Notes: generated by a model from the letters alone, not told the origin. A stretch of 64,000 bases of DNA from Patescibacteria group bacterium (GCA_025999275.1 AP024680.1:318393-382392), one strand, 5' to 3'. Positions 8,866-18,075 are shown, counted from the first letter of the stretch. A program made the numbers and translations.

Positions 8866-10128
8866 ATGTTTTCTAGAGAAAGATTATCTAGAGTTTCTTT
8901 AGAAGATCATCCTAATTCTTCTCGTGAACGAGAAAAATCTGTAATTTATTCGCCCTTTATCCATCTTCACGCTTATCAACCTCCAAGAAAGCTTATTGTA
9001 GAAGGTAGGATAATTTTCGATATTTCTGGAGAAAATATTTACCAAGGTGGTTTTAACCAAAAAGTTTGGAATGAAAGTTATCAACCTGTGTTAAATGCAG
9101 GAATATTGGACACCCCTTTTACTGGTTTTAATTTTTTTGGTTCTATTAGGGATTGGATAAAAGATAAGGACCCAGGTTCTTGGTTAAAAATAAGAAAGAT
9201 TGCGACAGACAGGAAAAATGCTGTTTTGGCTGACCCTTATCTTCATCCTATACTTCCACTTTTACCAGATAGGGATAAAAGATTATTGGTAAGAATAGGT
9301 ATTGAAGCCTTTAAGCAAGATTATGGTTTTGTTCCTCTTGGTTTTTGGCTTCCAGAAATGGCAGTAGACAAAAGTACCTTAAATATTCTTGCAGAAGAAG
9401 GAGTGAGATTTGTTATTTTAAGAAGAGATCAGGTTTTAACCGATACTAATACGTCAGTCTGTAAAGTTAAAACGAGGTCTGGAGATATTTTGGTCTATCT
9501 TTCTGATCTTGATTTGAGTGGCACTCTTGCTTTTGGTGATATTTCAAATGCAGATGCTTTTGCAGACGAGCTTGTTAGCAATCTTAACAGGAGGGGATCT
9601 TTGTTTATGGCGGTTGATTTTGAGACATTTGGTCACCATAGGGGTTGGGGGTCAGTAGAGTTTTTGCGATATCTTGTATCTAACTCTTTGCCCTCAAGAG
9701 GTGTTAGGGGTAATTTTGATAATACGGCAGGATATGCTTCTGTTGTTGATTATTCAAGCTGGAGCTGTCCACACTCTTTGGGTCGTTGGACAGGGAGATG
9801 TAATTGTGATGGAGCAAATGCATCAACAATGGAATTAAAGCAAAAACTTTATGAATGTTTAATAACAAATCTTGAAGAGACTAATAGGCGTTTAGATTCA
9901 AAGACCGAAAGTGATATTTGGCAAAGAGATTTTGTTTCTTGGTTTTTGTCTCAAAGACAAAGAATTTCAAATGGTAAATCAGTTGTTCTTGAAGGAAAGT
10001 ATAAAGAAGATTTTAAAAAGAAGCTTATTGCTCTTGTTGGTTTGACTAGTTGCGGATGGTTTTTTGGAAATAGTGATTCGATAGAAAGGAAAATCCCTAT
10101 TGAAACGCTTTCTTTTCTTAATCGTTAG
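8866..10128 (+). CDS. Glycoside hydrolase family 57 (GH57) protein
   Basis: GH57 conserved regions are present: HLHAYQP (region I HxHQP), GFWLPEMAVD (nucleophile Glu), and AVDFETFGHH (region IV). The conserved HQP motif lies ~33 aa from the ATG, so the true start is uncertain. Confidence 0.6.
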   Translation: MFSRERLSRVSLEDHPNSSREREKSVIYSPFIHLHAYQPPRKLIVEGRIIFDISGENIYQGGFNQKVWNESYQPVLNAGILDTPFTGFNFFGSIRDWIKDKDPGSWLKIRKIATDRKNAVLADPYLHPILPLLPDRDKRLLVRIGIEAFKQDYGFVPLGFWLPEMAVDKSTLNILAEEGVRFVILRRDQVLTDTNTSVCKVKTRSGDILVYLSDLDLSGTLAFGDISNADAFADELVSNLNRRGSLFMAVDFETFGHHRGWGSVEFLRYLVSNSLPSRGVRGNFDNTAGYASVVDYSSWSCPHSLGRWTGRCNCDGANASTMELKQKLYECLITNLEETNRRLDSKTESDIWQRDFVSWFLSQRQRISNGKSVVLEGKYKEDFKKKLIALVGLTSCGWFFGNSDSIERKIPIETLSFLNR

Positions 10129-10233
10129 AATTTCTTTTACTCTTTCGATTTGTTTTCTTTCGTTATTCTAAATTAGCATGGAGTTTGAAAATAGTTAAAT
10201 GTTGGGTTTTAAGAATAGGGTTTGAGAGTTTTA

Positions 10234-10860
10234 TTATTTTTTCTTTAGTGCACAGACATGATAGCAGCTGGTATATTCTTCGATTTTCCCATCCTTTTCT
10301 CTATAATTTTTTTCTACAATTACATTACAAAAGCCTTCTTTTTCCAGTTCTAATAATATTTCCAATAGTTTTTGGGGAAAATCAGAGTAAAAAGAGATGT
10401 CTTTGCTTGAGATTGGTTTTATTTCTCCATTCTTCTTGTAATAATAGCCGTTGGGATCAAAATCTATTGCAGCACCTGCTTGATGTGTGCTTATATCAGC
10501 TGCTATTTTTCCTTCTTCAATTAGCCTTTTTTGTTCTTCTTTTGTTCTATAAAGAGAGGTTACTGAAAGAAGAATTTTATCTCCATACTGTTCCTGCCAC
10601 CTTTTATCTATTAATTCTAATGTGTCAATAGCCTCTTTTCTTAAAAGAGGATATCTTTCTTTATTTCTTAGTCTGTAGATTAATCGATAGCCAGTTCCGA
10701 TTTCTGGCACTTCTGACAATTCTTCAGGTTTGGTGTTCTCTATTTCTTCTCTCCAGAAAGGGAGTTCTTTTTCTTCTACAATTCGGTTTACCCTTAGCCT
10801 TTCTGTTTTTCTTAATTCTTCTAAAATTGTTCTTTTTTCTACTTCTTGATTATTTTCCAT
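10234..10860 (-). CDS. Peptidase M15 (VanX/VanY-like D-Ala-D-Ala peptidase) family protein, apparently cytoplasmic
   Basis: STHQAGAAIDFD matches the M15 zinc-binding S-x-H-x-x-G-x-A-x-D motif, with a later His (CYHVC). No signal peptide or TM was seen. Confidence 0.5.
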   Translation of the reverse strand: MENNQEVEKRTILEELRKTERLRVNRIVEEKELPFWREEIENTKPEELSEVPEIGTGYRLIYRLRNKERYPLLRKEAIDTLELIDKRWQEQYGDKILLSVTSLYRTKEEQKRLIEEGKIAADISTHQAGAAIDFDPNGYYYKKNGEIKPISSKDISFYSDFPQKLLEILLELEKEGFCNVIVEKNYREKDGKIEEYTSCYHVCALKKK

Positions 10861-11548
10861 TTATCTTTAGTTTTATAATTCTTCCTTTGAAAATATTTTC
10901 AAACTCTTCCAACTTTATAAATTGCGATTTACCTTCCTTTTTGTAATTATAAGGGTTATGATACCAAAAGCCTTTTATTTCTTCATTTTTGTCTATTTCA
11001 AATCCATAAATAAGTATCAGATGCCCGCCCGTTAGGCTTTTAACCGATGACAAGATGTAGTTGTTGTTTAGGATTTCATTTGCTATTTCTTCTGTGGCAA
11101 TGACAGATTTTCTTTCCGATAAAATTCCATGTCTTTGTGCAATTTTGACTATTGCATCGTGGTACCAACCAACATCTCTTTCGAATTTATAGCCTTTTAT
11201 TTTTAAACCCTTTTTTACCAAGTCGTATATTTTTGTATTATCCTTTTTCCCTTCCTTTTTAGATTTTGTCTTTATAACAGAAAGTAAGCAGGCCAGGGCG
11301 CAAGATCTCCATACCCAGAAGCTAAAGTCTTTCTTGCTTTTGGCACCAAATTTTTTTTGAGCATTTCTGTCATTTATTTGGCCGTAGAATTTTTCTATAT
11401 TTTCCTCTTTTGCATTTGCCAACTGGCTTATGTAGACCGGCTTGGGATTAACAAAATATTTTCCGGGTTTTAATTTTTTGACCTTTTTCTTTATAGCTAT
11501 TTTTTTGAACAGGTTAATTTTTGCTATTATGTTTTTTATCTTTTCCAT
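10850..11548 (-). CDS. C39-like (papain-fold) cysteine peptidase domain protein
   Basis: WRSCALACLLSV (Cys in a C-G/A-A-C-L context) and a downstream GGHLILIYG His motif resemble the Peptidase_C39_2 family. The N-terminus is Lys-rich. Overlaps the downstream M15 gene by 11 nt. Confidence 0.45.
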   Translation of the reverse strand: MEKIKNIIAKINLFKKIAIKKKVKKLKPGKYFVNPKPVYISQLANAKEENIEKFYGQINDRNAQKKFGAKSKKDFSFWVWRSCALACLLSVIKTKSKKEGKKDNTKIYDLVKKGLKIKGYKFERDVGWYHDAIVKIAQRHGILSERKSVIATEEIANEILNNNYILSSVKSLTGGHLILIYGFEIDKNEEIKGFWYHNPYNYKKEGKSQFIKLEEFENIFKGRIIKLKINGK

Positions 11549-11599
11549 CCTTGGTAGATTTTACTATATTTTTGTTTTGTAGACCGAATTTAAAATGAC

Positions 11600-11664
11600 C
11601 CGAGGTTGGAATCAAACCAACTTCCGGAGTTTGGTGGTGGGTTGTGTTAAAATTGGCAATATGA
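11600..11664 (+). repeat. Duplicated leader/promoter-like element, copy A (upstream of EEP gene)
   Basis: CCGGAGTTTGGTGGTGGGTTGTGTTAAAATTGGCAATATG. The last 29 nt are identical to the tgt leader. Here the ATG opens only a 14-codon ORF. Confidence 0.55.
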
Positions 11665-11730
11665 CTCTATTGCAAGAGAAACATATCTTTTTTGGGAAAA
11701 AATGAATTGTAGCATTCTTCTAAAAACAAA

Positions 11731-12564
11731 ATGGAGTTGTCGATAATTACTTTCAATACAAAGGGTACGCCAAGCTTTAAAAATAGTACTCTTTATAGGT
11801 TTAAGAAAATAGCAATCGTACTAGAAGATTTAGGTGCGGATATAATTAATTTACAAGAGGTCTTTACCTATAGACAACTGCAAATTCTTAGGAATGAGTT
11901 ACGCAGCTACCCTTATTGTGTTTATGAGAAATCTATAATAGGTCCCAAAGGAGGAGTAGTTACATTCTCAAAAATAAAAGTTGTGAATAAAAGATATCTG
12001 CCTTATTCATATCCATGGAGTATGTTGATTAATTTTGTTAGTAAGGGTTGGTTAAAGGCAATTTCTAGAAATATCCTAACAGGAAAGGGAATCTTAATAT
12101 CAAAAATTCAATCAGAAATCTTGCTGGCTAATACTCACTTAATTGCAAACCCTACACACAATTGGTTGCCATCAAATAGTTTCACTAAGGTCTACAAGAA
12201 CTGCATAAATGAAATAGGGAAAATGATTAATAATTTAGAAGAAGATAAAACCTTTATATTGACTGGTGATTTTAACATACCCAAAGAGTCGTATTTATAC
12301 CCGGTAATTATCAGAAAATTAAAAGTCAGAGATGTATTTGGAAATTCTAACTCGCCAACTTTTATTAAAGACTTCTTACATTCAGGAGAAAAGGGTAAAC
12401 GTTTTGATTATATATTGGTAAGAAGTGGGAATAACAAAAGTTGTTTTGTTCGGAAAAGAGAGCACCTTTTTACTCAACCGTTAATAAAGAAAAGTATCAA
12501 CAAAGGGTTTCTATCTGATCATATTGCTTTAAGAGCAATTATAAGAATCAAATATAGTATATGA
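11731..12564 (+). CDS. Endonuclease/exonuclease/phosphatase (EEP) family protein
   Basis: EEP motifs LQEV (N-terminal Glu), TGDFN and the C-terminal SDH. 277 aa. Confidence 0.65.
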   Translation: MELSIITFNTKGTPSFKNSTLYRFKKIAIVLEDLGADIINLQEVFTYRQLQILRNELRSYPYCVYEKSIIGPKGGVVTFSKIKVVNKRYLPYSYPWSMLINFVSKGWLKAISRNILTGKGILISKIQSEILLANTHLIANPTHNWLPSNSFTKVYKNCINEIGKMINNLEEDKTFILTGDFNIPKESYLYPVIIRKLKVRDVFGNSNSPTFIKDFLHSGEKGKRFDYILVRSGNNKSCFVRKREHLFTQPLIKKSINKGFLSDHIALRAIIRIKYSI

Positions 12565-12589
12565 CAAATAAAGAAAGATTTTTTACAAA

Positions 12590-12682
12590 ACTACCCCGAG
12601 AACAAGAACTAATAAGAACAGTGGAAGCCAACTAACTCCCGGAGTTGGATAATAGTGGGGTTGTGTTAAAATTGGCAATATG
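12590..12682 (+). repeat. Duplicated leader/promoter-like element, copy B (tgt 5' region; ends in the tgt ATG)
   Basis: CCCGGAGTTGGATAATAGTGGGGTTGTGTTAAAATTGGCAATATG. Contains TTAAAAT and TTGGCA boxes. Confidence 0.55.
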
Positions 12683-13852
12683 GCTGAGTTTGAGTTTAAA
12701 TTGGTTGCTTCTGATAAAAAGACCAGGGCGCGATCTGGGGTAATAAAAACTCCTCATGGTAAGATTGAAACGCCCGCTTTTTCACCAGTGGCAACTAGGG
12801 CTTCAGTTAGATCTCTCAGTAATGACGATCTTAAAAATGCAAACTCACAAGTTGTCTTGGGGAACACTTATCATCTTTATTTAAAACCTGGGACATCAAT
12901 GATTTCTAAGTTTGGCGGCTTTGGCCCTTTTATGGGCTGGGACGGTCCGACAATTACGGATAGTGGTGGTTATCAGGTTTCTTTTTTGTGGTCTAAAGGC
13001 AATGATGAGGATAAACCAAGAGTGATTAAAATAGACGATAAAGGTGCGCTTTTTAGATCCCATCTTGACGGATCACTCCATCTTTTAACTCCAGAAAAAT
13101 CAATGGAAATCCAAAAAATTTTAGGGGCTGATATTATTATGGCCTTTGACCAACCTCAAGGATTGAATATGAGTCCAAGAAGATCAAAAGAGGCTTTTGA
13201 AAGGACTTTTTTGTGGGAAGAAAGATCGCTTAAAACTTGGCAGAAATTAAATAAGAAGGGAAATTTCCAAGCACTTTATGGAATTGTTCAGGGAGATTTG
13301 GATAAAGAATTGCGAAAAAAATCGCTTGATTTTGTCTTAAAGAATGGATTTTTAGGGATTGCTATAGGAGGGGAAGCTATAGGTTCAGATCCTAAAACTA
13401 CTTCGCTTGCCCTTGACACAATTGCTGATTATTTGCCTGATGATTTACCCGTCCATGCTTTGGGGCTTGGAGGTGGTCCTGAGGGTATTTTTGAGGCTGT
13501 AAGGCGTGGAGTTGATACTTTTGATAACACTGGGATAACCAGGATGGCCAGAACTGGTCTTCTTTTCATTTACCCGGAAGATGGGGGAAACAGAAAAAAC
13601 AAGTTTCGGATTGATATTAAGAAAAAAGAATTTGCAGATAAGAAGGGACCAGTAAGTAAGGTCTGTACTTGTTATACCTGTCAGAATTTTTCAAAAGCCT
13701 ATATTCACCATCTTTTAACTAGCGGGGAGGTCTTAGGTCTTCGTTTGGCTACAATTCACAATGTATTTTTTATTAATGATCTGATGGCAAGAATAAGAAA
13801 ATCAATTATGATGGGTGATTTTGAAGATTTAACTCAGTTTTGGTTAAGGTAA
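12680..13852 (+). CDS. tgt: Queuine tRNA-ribosyltransferase
   Basis: Tgt motifs are present (VLGNTYHLYLKPG, DSGGYQV, GLGGGPE). The zinc site is CTCYTCQNF with H in IHHLL. Confidence 0.9.
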   Translation: MAEFEFKLVASDKKTRARSGVIKTPHGKIETPAFSPVATRASVRSLSNDDLKNANSQVVLGNTYHLYLKPGTSMISKFGGFGPFMGWDGPTITDSGGYQVSFLWSKGNDEDKPRVIKIDDKGALFRSHLDGSLHLLTPEKSMEIQKILGADIIMAFDQPQGLNMSPRRSKEAFERTFLWEERSLKTWQKLNKKGNFQALYGIVQGDLDKELRKKSLDFVLKNGFLGIAIGGEAIGSDPKTTSLALDTIADYLPDDLPVHALGLGGGPEGIFEAVRRGVDTFDNTGITRMARTGLLFIYPEDGGNRKNKFRIDIKKKEFADKKGPVSKVCTCYTCQNFSKAYIHHLLTSGEVLGLRLATIHNVFFINDLMARIRKSIMMGDFEDLTQFWLR

Positions 13853-13862
13853 ATAGCCAAGA

Positions 13863-14393
13863 TTAACTATTTTGTAGGTTTTTTTGAGTAAATCTGAGAG
13901 AGTAACTTCCATTTTGGAAAGAGAACAGCATCTTTTTTAGTTCTTTTTCGATGGTTGAATCTGGCGGTACTAGCAGGTTCAATATCTTTTCTAGAGTATC
14001 GATGTCATCCTCGTTTATTACTAAGGAAACATTTGTGTTGTTAGGTCTTATCCCTCTTGGGTAGGAGAACATAAATACGGCCATTCTCAAGATACTACTT
14101 TTATCTTCATTATTAAAATTTCTATTGTCAATTGCTGGTTCTGGGATTTTAAGACCGCCCTTGGATAATCTGGCTGCAGCAGCAAGAACGTTTCCAGTTA
14201 TTAACTTTTTATAGGTTTCCTCGTTTATCTTGTCTGGAAAAGCACTTTTTATCTCGTCTGGCAACCTTTTTATTCCGTTCCAATTTTCAAGAGAGCCATT
14301 ATCAATTATGGTTAGTATACTTTCATTAATTCCATATTGTTTGGCAATTTCTCTAGGGTTTGTTTGGTTACTTAATTGTTCTTTTCCTTCCAT
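13863..14393 (-). CDS. Hypothetical protein
   Basis: 176-aa ORF convergent with tgt. No recognisable motif. Confidence 0.35.
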   Translation of the reverse strand: MEGKEQLSNQTNPREIAKQYGINESILTIIDNGSLENWNGIKRLPDEIKSAFPDKINEETYKKLITGNVLAAAARLSKGGLKIPEPAIDNRNFNNEDKSSILRMAVFMFSYPRGIRPNNTNVSLVINEDDIDTLEKILNLLVPPDSTIEKELKKMLFSFQNGSYSLRFTQKNLQNS

Positions 14394-14486
14394 TTTTTTT
14401 GATTATAATATTCCCTTTTTTGTTGGTCAAATTAGTTGTTGATTTTAACATGGTCTGCGGTGTTGGTTTTGTGATATTATAAATTA

Positions 14487-14951
14487 ATGCCTAGTTTTAA
14501 GAAGCTGGTTATTTCCTTTCTTCCACCCTTCTTGGCTGGTTTTTTAGGTTCTGTCTTTACTTTTCCTGCTATTCCCGGCTGGTATGAGGGTCTTAATAAA
14601 CCTTCTTTTTCTCCCCCAAACTTTATTTTTGGTCCTGTTTGGACTTTGCTTTATTTTTTGATGGGTGTTTCTTTCTATTTAGTTTTATCTTCTAAAAATA
14701 AAGACAAGAAAGAGTCATATTTTGTTTTTGCTTTACAGGTTGTTTTTAATACTTTGTGGTCTTTTGCCTTTTTTGGCTTGAGAAGTCCACTTCTTGGGGC
14801 TTTGGTAATTATTATTTTGTGGTTTTTGATAGTTTTGATGATTATTAAATTTTATCGTTTAAATAAGCTTGCTGGTTTGTTGAACTTGCCTTATCTTGCT
14901 TGGGTTTCTTTTGCCACCATCTTAAATCTTTCCGTTTACGCTTTAAATTGA
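14487..14951 (+). CDS. tspO: TspO/MBR (tryptophan-rich sensory protein) family membrane protein
   Basis: Five-TM protein carrying PSFSPPNFIFGPVWTLLY and Trp-rich helices typical of TspO/MBR. Confidence 0.75.
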   Translation: MPSFKKLVISFLPPFLAGFLGSVFTFPAIPGWYEGLNKPSFSPPNFIFGPVWTLLYFLMGVSFYLVLSSKNKDKKESYFVFALQVVFNTLWSFAFFGLRSPLLGALVIIILWFLIVLMIIKFYRLNKLAGLLNLPYLAWVSFATILNLSVYALN

Positions 14952-14970
14952 TATTGCAGTTTTTGTTATT

Positions 14971-15537
14971 TTGTGCAAATATTTTTGCGTGGAGGAAAAG
15001 CAGGAGGAATTAAAAGTTAATGTAGGTCTTTTGGTTTTTTTATTTTTGATTTTTGGGGCTTTTGTGGCTGTTATGATCGGCTTTGGTAGTAAGGGTGAAA
15101 GTCAAATACAGCCTTCGCCAACGCCAGAAAATGAATTGAAACTAAATCTTGGGGGACAGCAGGAATCGGTGTCTCAAGTCCCTCAAAATCAAATTGCAAA
15201 TCAGAATCAACTAATGGTGGGATTCAGAGTGGAAGATATGAAAATAGGTGATGGGGAAGAAGCTCAATCTGGAAAGAAGCTGACTGTTAACTATGTAGGT
15301 ACCCTTATTGACGGGACAAAGTTTGACAGCTCTTATGATCGAGGCCAGCCTTTTTCTTTTACCCTGGGTGCTGGGCAGGTTATTGAAGGTTGGGAAAAAG
15401 GCCTTTTGGGTATGAAAGTTGGTGGTAAAAGAAGGCTATTTATTCCCCCTGAAATGGGTTATGGGGAAAGACAGGTGGGAAACATTCCTCCAAATTCCGC
15501 TTTAATCTTTGAGGTTGAGCTTCTTTCGGTTGAGTAG
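14971..15537 (+). CDS. FKBP-type peptidyl-prolyl cis-trans isomerase with N-terminal membrane anchor
   Basis: C-terminal FKBP domain (VNYVGTLIDGTKFDSSYDRGQPFSFTLGAGQVIEGWEKGLLGMKVGGKRRLFIPPEMGYG). An N-terminal TM is present. A TAG stop sits inside the terminator hairpin. Confidence 0.8.
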   Translation: MCKYFCVEEKQEELKVNVGLLVFLFLIFGAFVAVMIGFGSKGESQIQPSPTPENELKLNLGGQQESVSQVPQNQIANQNQLMVGFRVEDMKIGDGEEAQSGKKLTVNYVGTLIDGTKFDSSYDRGQPFSFTLGAGQVIEGWEKGLLGMKVGGKRRLFIPPEMGYGERQVGNIPPNSALIFEVELLSVE

Positions 15538-15558
15538 GACAGGGTCGGACCCTGTCCT
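15536..15558. terminator. GC-rich palindromic hairpin, family A (AGGACAGGGTCGGACCCTGTCCT)
   Basis: Perfect 9-bp stem with a 3-nt loop placed exactly at the stop of the FKBP gene. The same 21-mer recurs at 18048 and 34672. Confidence 0.5.
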
Positions 15559-15586
15559 GATCATTTGTTGTGATATTATTTAATTA

Positions 15587-18046
15587 ATGGATTATCTAAA
15601 GTGGTATTATAGCCAGGGAATAAAGATTTTGGTTAAAAAGTGGTTAAATCTGGTTAAATCTGTTTATCGTTATTTTTCTCCTTTACATCTTTTGTCTAGT
15701 CTTTTTTCTCCTTGGAAAAGAATGGTTTTAGTTTATGAGACAACAGGATTTAATTTGCAGAAGTATATCGAGGTCTTAACTTTTAATTTTATCTCTCGTT
15801 TTATTGGTGCTATTGTTAGGTTTTTTCTGTTGATTACAGGAATTTTGGTTATCCTTTTGTTTTTGGTTTTGTTTATTGTTCTTATACCTTTGTGGATAAT
15901 TTTTCCGTTTTGGGGGGTGTTTGATTATCAAAAATTCCAAATGAGACCGGACATCTTTTTGTCGAATATATTTAAAAGGAATGATGGTGATATTTTAAGT
16001 AAGATTTTTAGGAGTCACGCCGGTGATTTTCTTTTGGTCCACACAGGAATTCCTTTTGAGGAGATTGTCTCGCAGGTAAAATTTAATTCAGATTTAGTTT
16101 CTTCTTTGCCTTCAGATTCTTTCGAAAGCCTTATTAGTTATTTGCTTTCTTCGAATGTTTGGAATGATGATCTTTTTATCAAATATAAATTGTCGAAAGA
16201 GGATTTTGTTAAAACTGCCAAGTGGTGGGATGATGTGCAAAAGATTAAGTTGGGTTTTTTTGATAGGCCTTACTATCCTTCAGGTTTGGCGCTTGAGCTT
16301 TTGACCGGATATACTCCTGAACTTGATAAATACTCGGTTGATTTAACTGCTCCACAGGATTTTAGTCATAGGTTAATAGGGAGAGGAGAGGTTGTTGACA
16401 GAATGGAGCGTTCTCTTTCCGTTGGGAAAAGTATTTTTTTAGTGGGTCCGGCTGGAGTTGGCAAAAAGACTATTGTTCTTGAATTTGCCCGTCGTTCATA
16501 TTTGGGCGAATTGGGAGAAAAGATGGCTTATAAGCGGATATTGGAATTTGATTATAATTCTTTGCTTGCTGAAAGTATTGACCTTAATGCTAAAAAGACG
16601 AAATTAAGCCAAATTCTTAAAGAGGCATCTTATGCTGGAAATATAATCTTAATGATCAGAGATATCCACAGAATTACAAATTCTGAAGTCGAAGGCTATG
16701 ATTTTACTGATGTTTTTGAACAAAATTTAGATAAAGGTAAGACGCTTGTAATTGCTGTTTTGGGCAATAAAGAATACGAAAGATTTGTAGCTCCAAATTT
16801 GAGATTGAGAAAACTTTTTGACTTAGTTGAGGTAGAACCTCCTTCGTTTGAGGAGGCATTTGAAATAATGATAAAGCTTGCAACAAAATATGAGAGGGAA
16901 AAGAATATAATTATTCCAATTTTTGTTTTAAGGAAGATTTTTGATGAGTCAGATAAGTATATTACAGAAACTCCGTTTCCTGAGAAAGCACTTGAGCTTC
17001 TTGATGCTGTGGTTTCATTTTCGCTACAAAATAAATCCAGCCCTGTTTCACTTGATGATGTTGATTCTGTTTTAACCGAGAAGATAGGAGTTCCTTTTGC
17101 AGATATTACTAAAACCCAGAAAGTAAAGCTTGAGAATCTGGAGTCAATTATTCATGAGAGACTGGTGGATCAAGAACTGGCTGTTAGTTTAATTGCCAAG
17201 ACATTAAGGTCAAAAACTGTCGGAGTGGTTAATGAGAAAAGGCCTATCGGTTCTTTTCTTTTTCTTGGTCCAACAGGTGTGGGTAAAACCGAAGTAGCCA
17301 AAATTTTGTCAAGGGTTTATTTTGGTAGTGAGGAAGAAATTATTAGATTTGATATGGCTGAATTTGCTGGTAAAGAGGGTTTGGAAAGACTGATAGGTTC
17401 TGTTTCTGGCAATCTCCCAGGAGAACTGGCAGTATCTATAAGGAAAAATCCAGCTGCCCTACTTCTTCTTGATGAGATAGAGAAGTCAAGTCGTGAGATT
17501 ATGAATATTTTCCTATCTCTTTTAGATGAAGGAGTTTTTACCGATGCTTTTGGAAATAAAGTTATTTGTCGAAATCTTTTTGTAATTGGAACTTCGAATG
17601 CTGGTGCAGAGTATATCAGGCAGCTGGTTGCTTCAAATACCCCAAAGGAAGAAATGCAAAGCAAAGTTGTTGATTATGTTTTGAGAGAGGGGTTTTTTAC
17701 TCCTGAGTTCTTGAATCGTTTTGATGGAGTGGTGGTTTTTAATCCTTTAAGTAAAGATGATCTTCTCAAGGTGGCTAAACTTATGCTTTTAGACTTAGCT
17801 GCCAATCTTAAGAAAAAGGGGATAACCCTTGAAATTACTGATGCTGCTATTGAGAAGTTGGCCAATGATGGGTATGAACCAGCATTTGGTGCTCGTCCCA
17901 TGAGAAGGATAATAAATGTGGTTTTGGGAGATCTTTTTGGTAAGGCAATTTTGTCTGGTGAGATTGCAAGTGGGGATAAAGTTCGCCTGTCGGTTGTTGA
18001 AGAGGTTGGTAGATCCTCTTTTGCGATTGAAAAAGTTGTGTTTTAA
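15587..18046 (+). CDS. ClpA/ClpB/ClpC-like double-AAA+ ATPase with N-terminal transmembrane domain
   Basis: The D2 module is intact: GPTGVGKTEVAK, LLLLDEIEKS, GARPMRRII. The D1 module is degenerate (GPAGVGKKT). The first ~115 aa contain 2-3 hydrophobic helices instead of a Clp N-domain. Confidence 0.75.
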   Translation: MDYLKWYYSQGIKILVKKWLNLVKSVYRYFSPLHLLSSLFSPWKRMVLVYETTGFNLQKYIEVLTFNFISRFIGAIVRFFLLITGILVILLFLVLFIVLIPLWIIFPFWGVFDYQKFQMRPDIFLSNIFKRNDGDILSKIFRSHAGDFLLVHTGIPFEEIVSQVKFNSDLVSSLPSDSFESLISYLLSSNVWNDDLFIKYKLSKEDFVKTAKWWDDVQKIKLGFFDRPYYPSGLALELLTGYTPELDKYSVDLTAPQDFSHRLIGRGEVVDRMERSLSVGKSIFLVGPAGVGKKTIVLEFARRSYLGELGEKMAYKRILEFDYNSLLAESIDLNAKKTKLSQILKEASYAGNIILMIRDIHRITNSEVEGYDFTDVFEQNLDKGKTLVIAVLGNKEYERFVAPNLRLRKLFDLVEVEPPSFEEAFEIMIKLATKYEREKNIIIPIFVLRKIFDESDKYITETPFPEKALELLDAVVSFSLQNKSSPVSLDDVDSVLTEKIGVPFADITKTQKVKLENLESIIHERLVDQELAVSLIAKTLRSKTVGVVNEKRPIGSFLFLGPTGVGKTEVAKILSRVYFGSEEEIIRFDMAEFAGKEGLERLIGSVSGNLPGELAVSIRKNPAALLLLDEIEKSSREIMNIFLSLLDEGVFTDAFGNKVICRNLFVIGTSNAGAEYIRQLVASNTPKEEMQSKVVDYVLREGFFTPEFLNRFDGVVVFNPLSKDDLLKVAKLMLLDLAANLKKKGITLEITDAAIEKLANDGYEPAFGARPMRRIINVVLGDLFGKAILSGEIASGDKVRLSVVEEVGRSSFAIEKVVF

Positions 18047-18047
18047 T

Positions 18048-18068
18048 GGACAGGGTCGGACCCTGTCC
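18048..18068. terminator. GC-rich palindromic hairpin, family A
   Basis: GGACAGGGTCGGACCCTGTCC lies immediately after the Clp-like gene stop. It was translated as the spurious N-terminus (MDRVGPCPV) of the next ORF in the track. Confidence 0.5.
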
Positions 18069-18075
18069 CGTTTGC

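Noticed and set aside
11661-11705. 14-codon ORF (MTLLQEKHIFFGKK) starting at the duplicated tgt-like ATG
   Set aside because: It is too short. It is a by-product of the duplicated leader, with no RBS-distinct signal of its own. It is kept only as evidence for the duplication.
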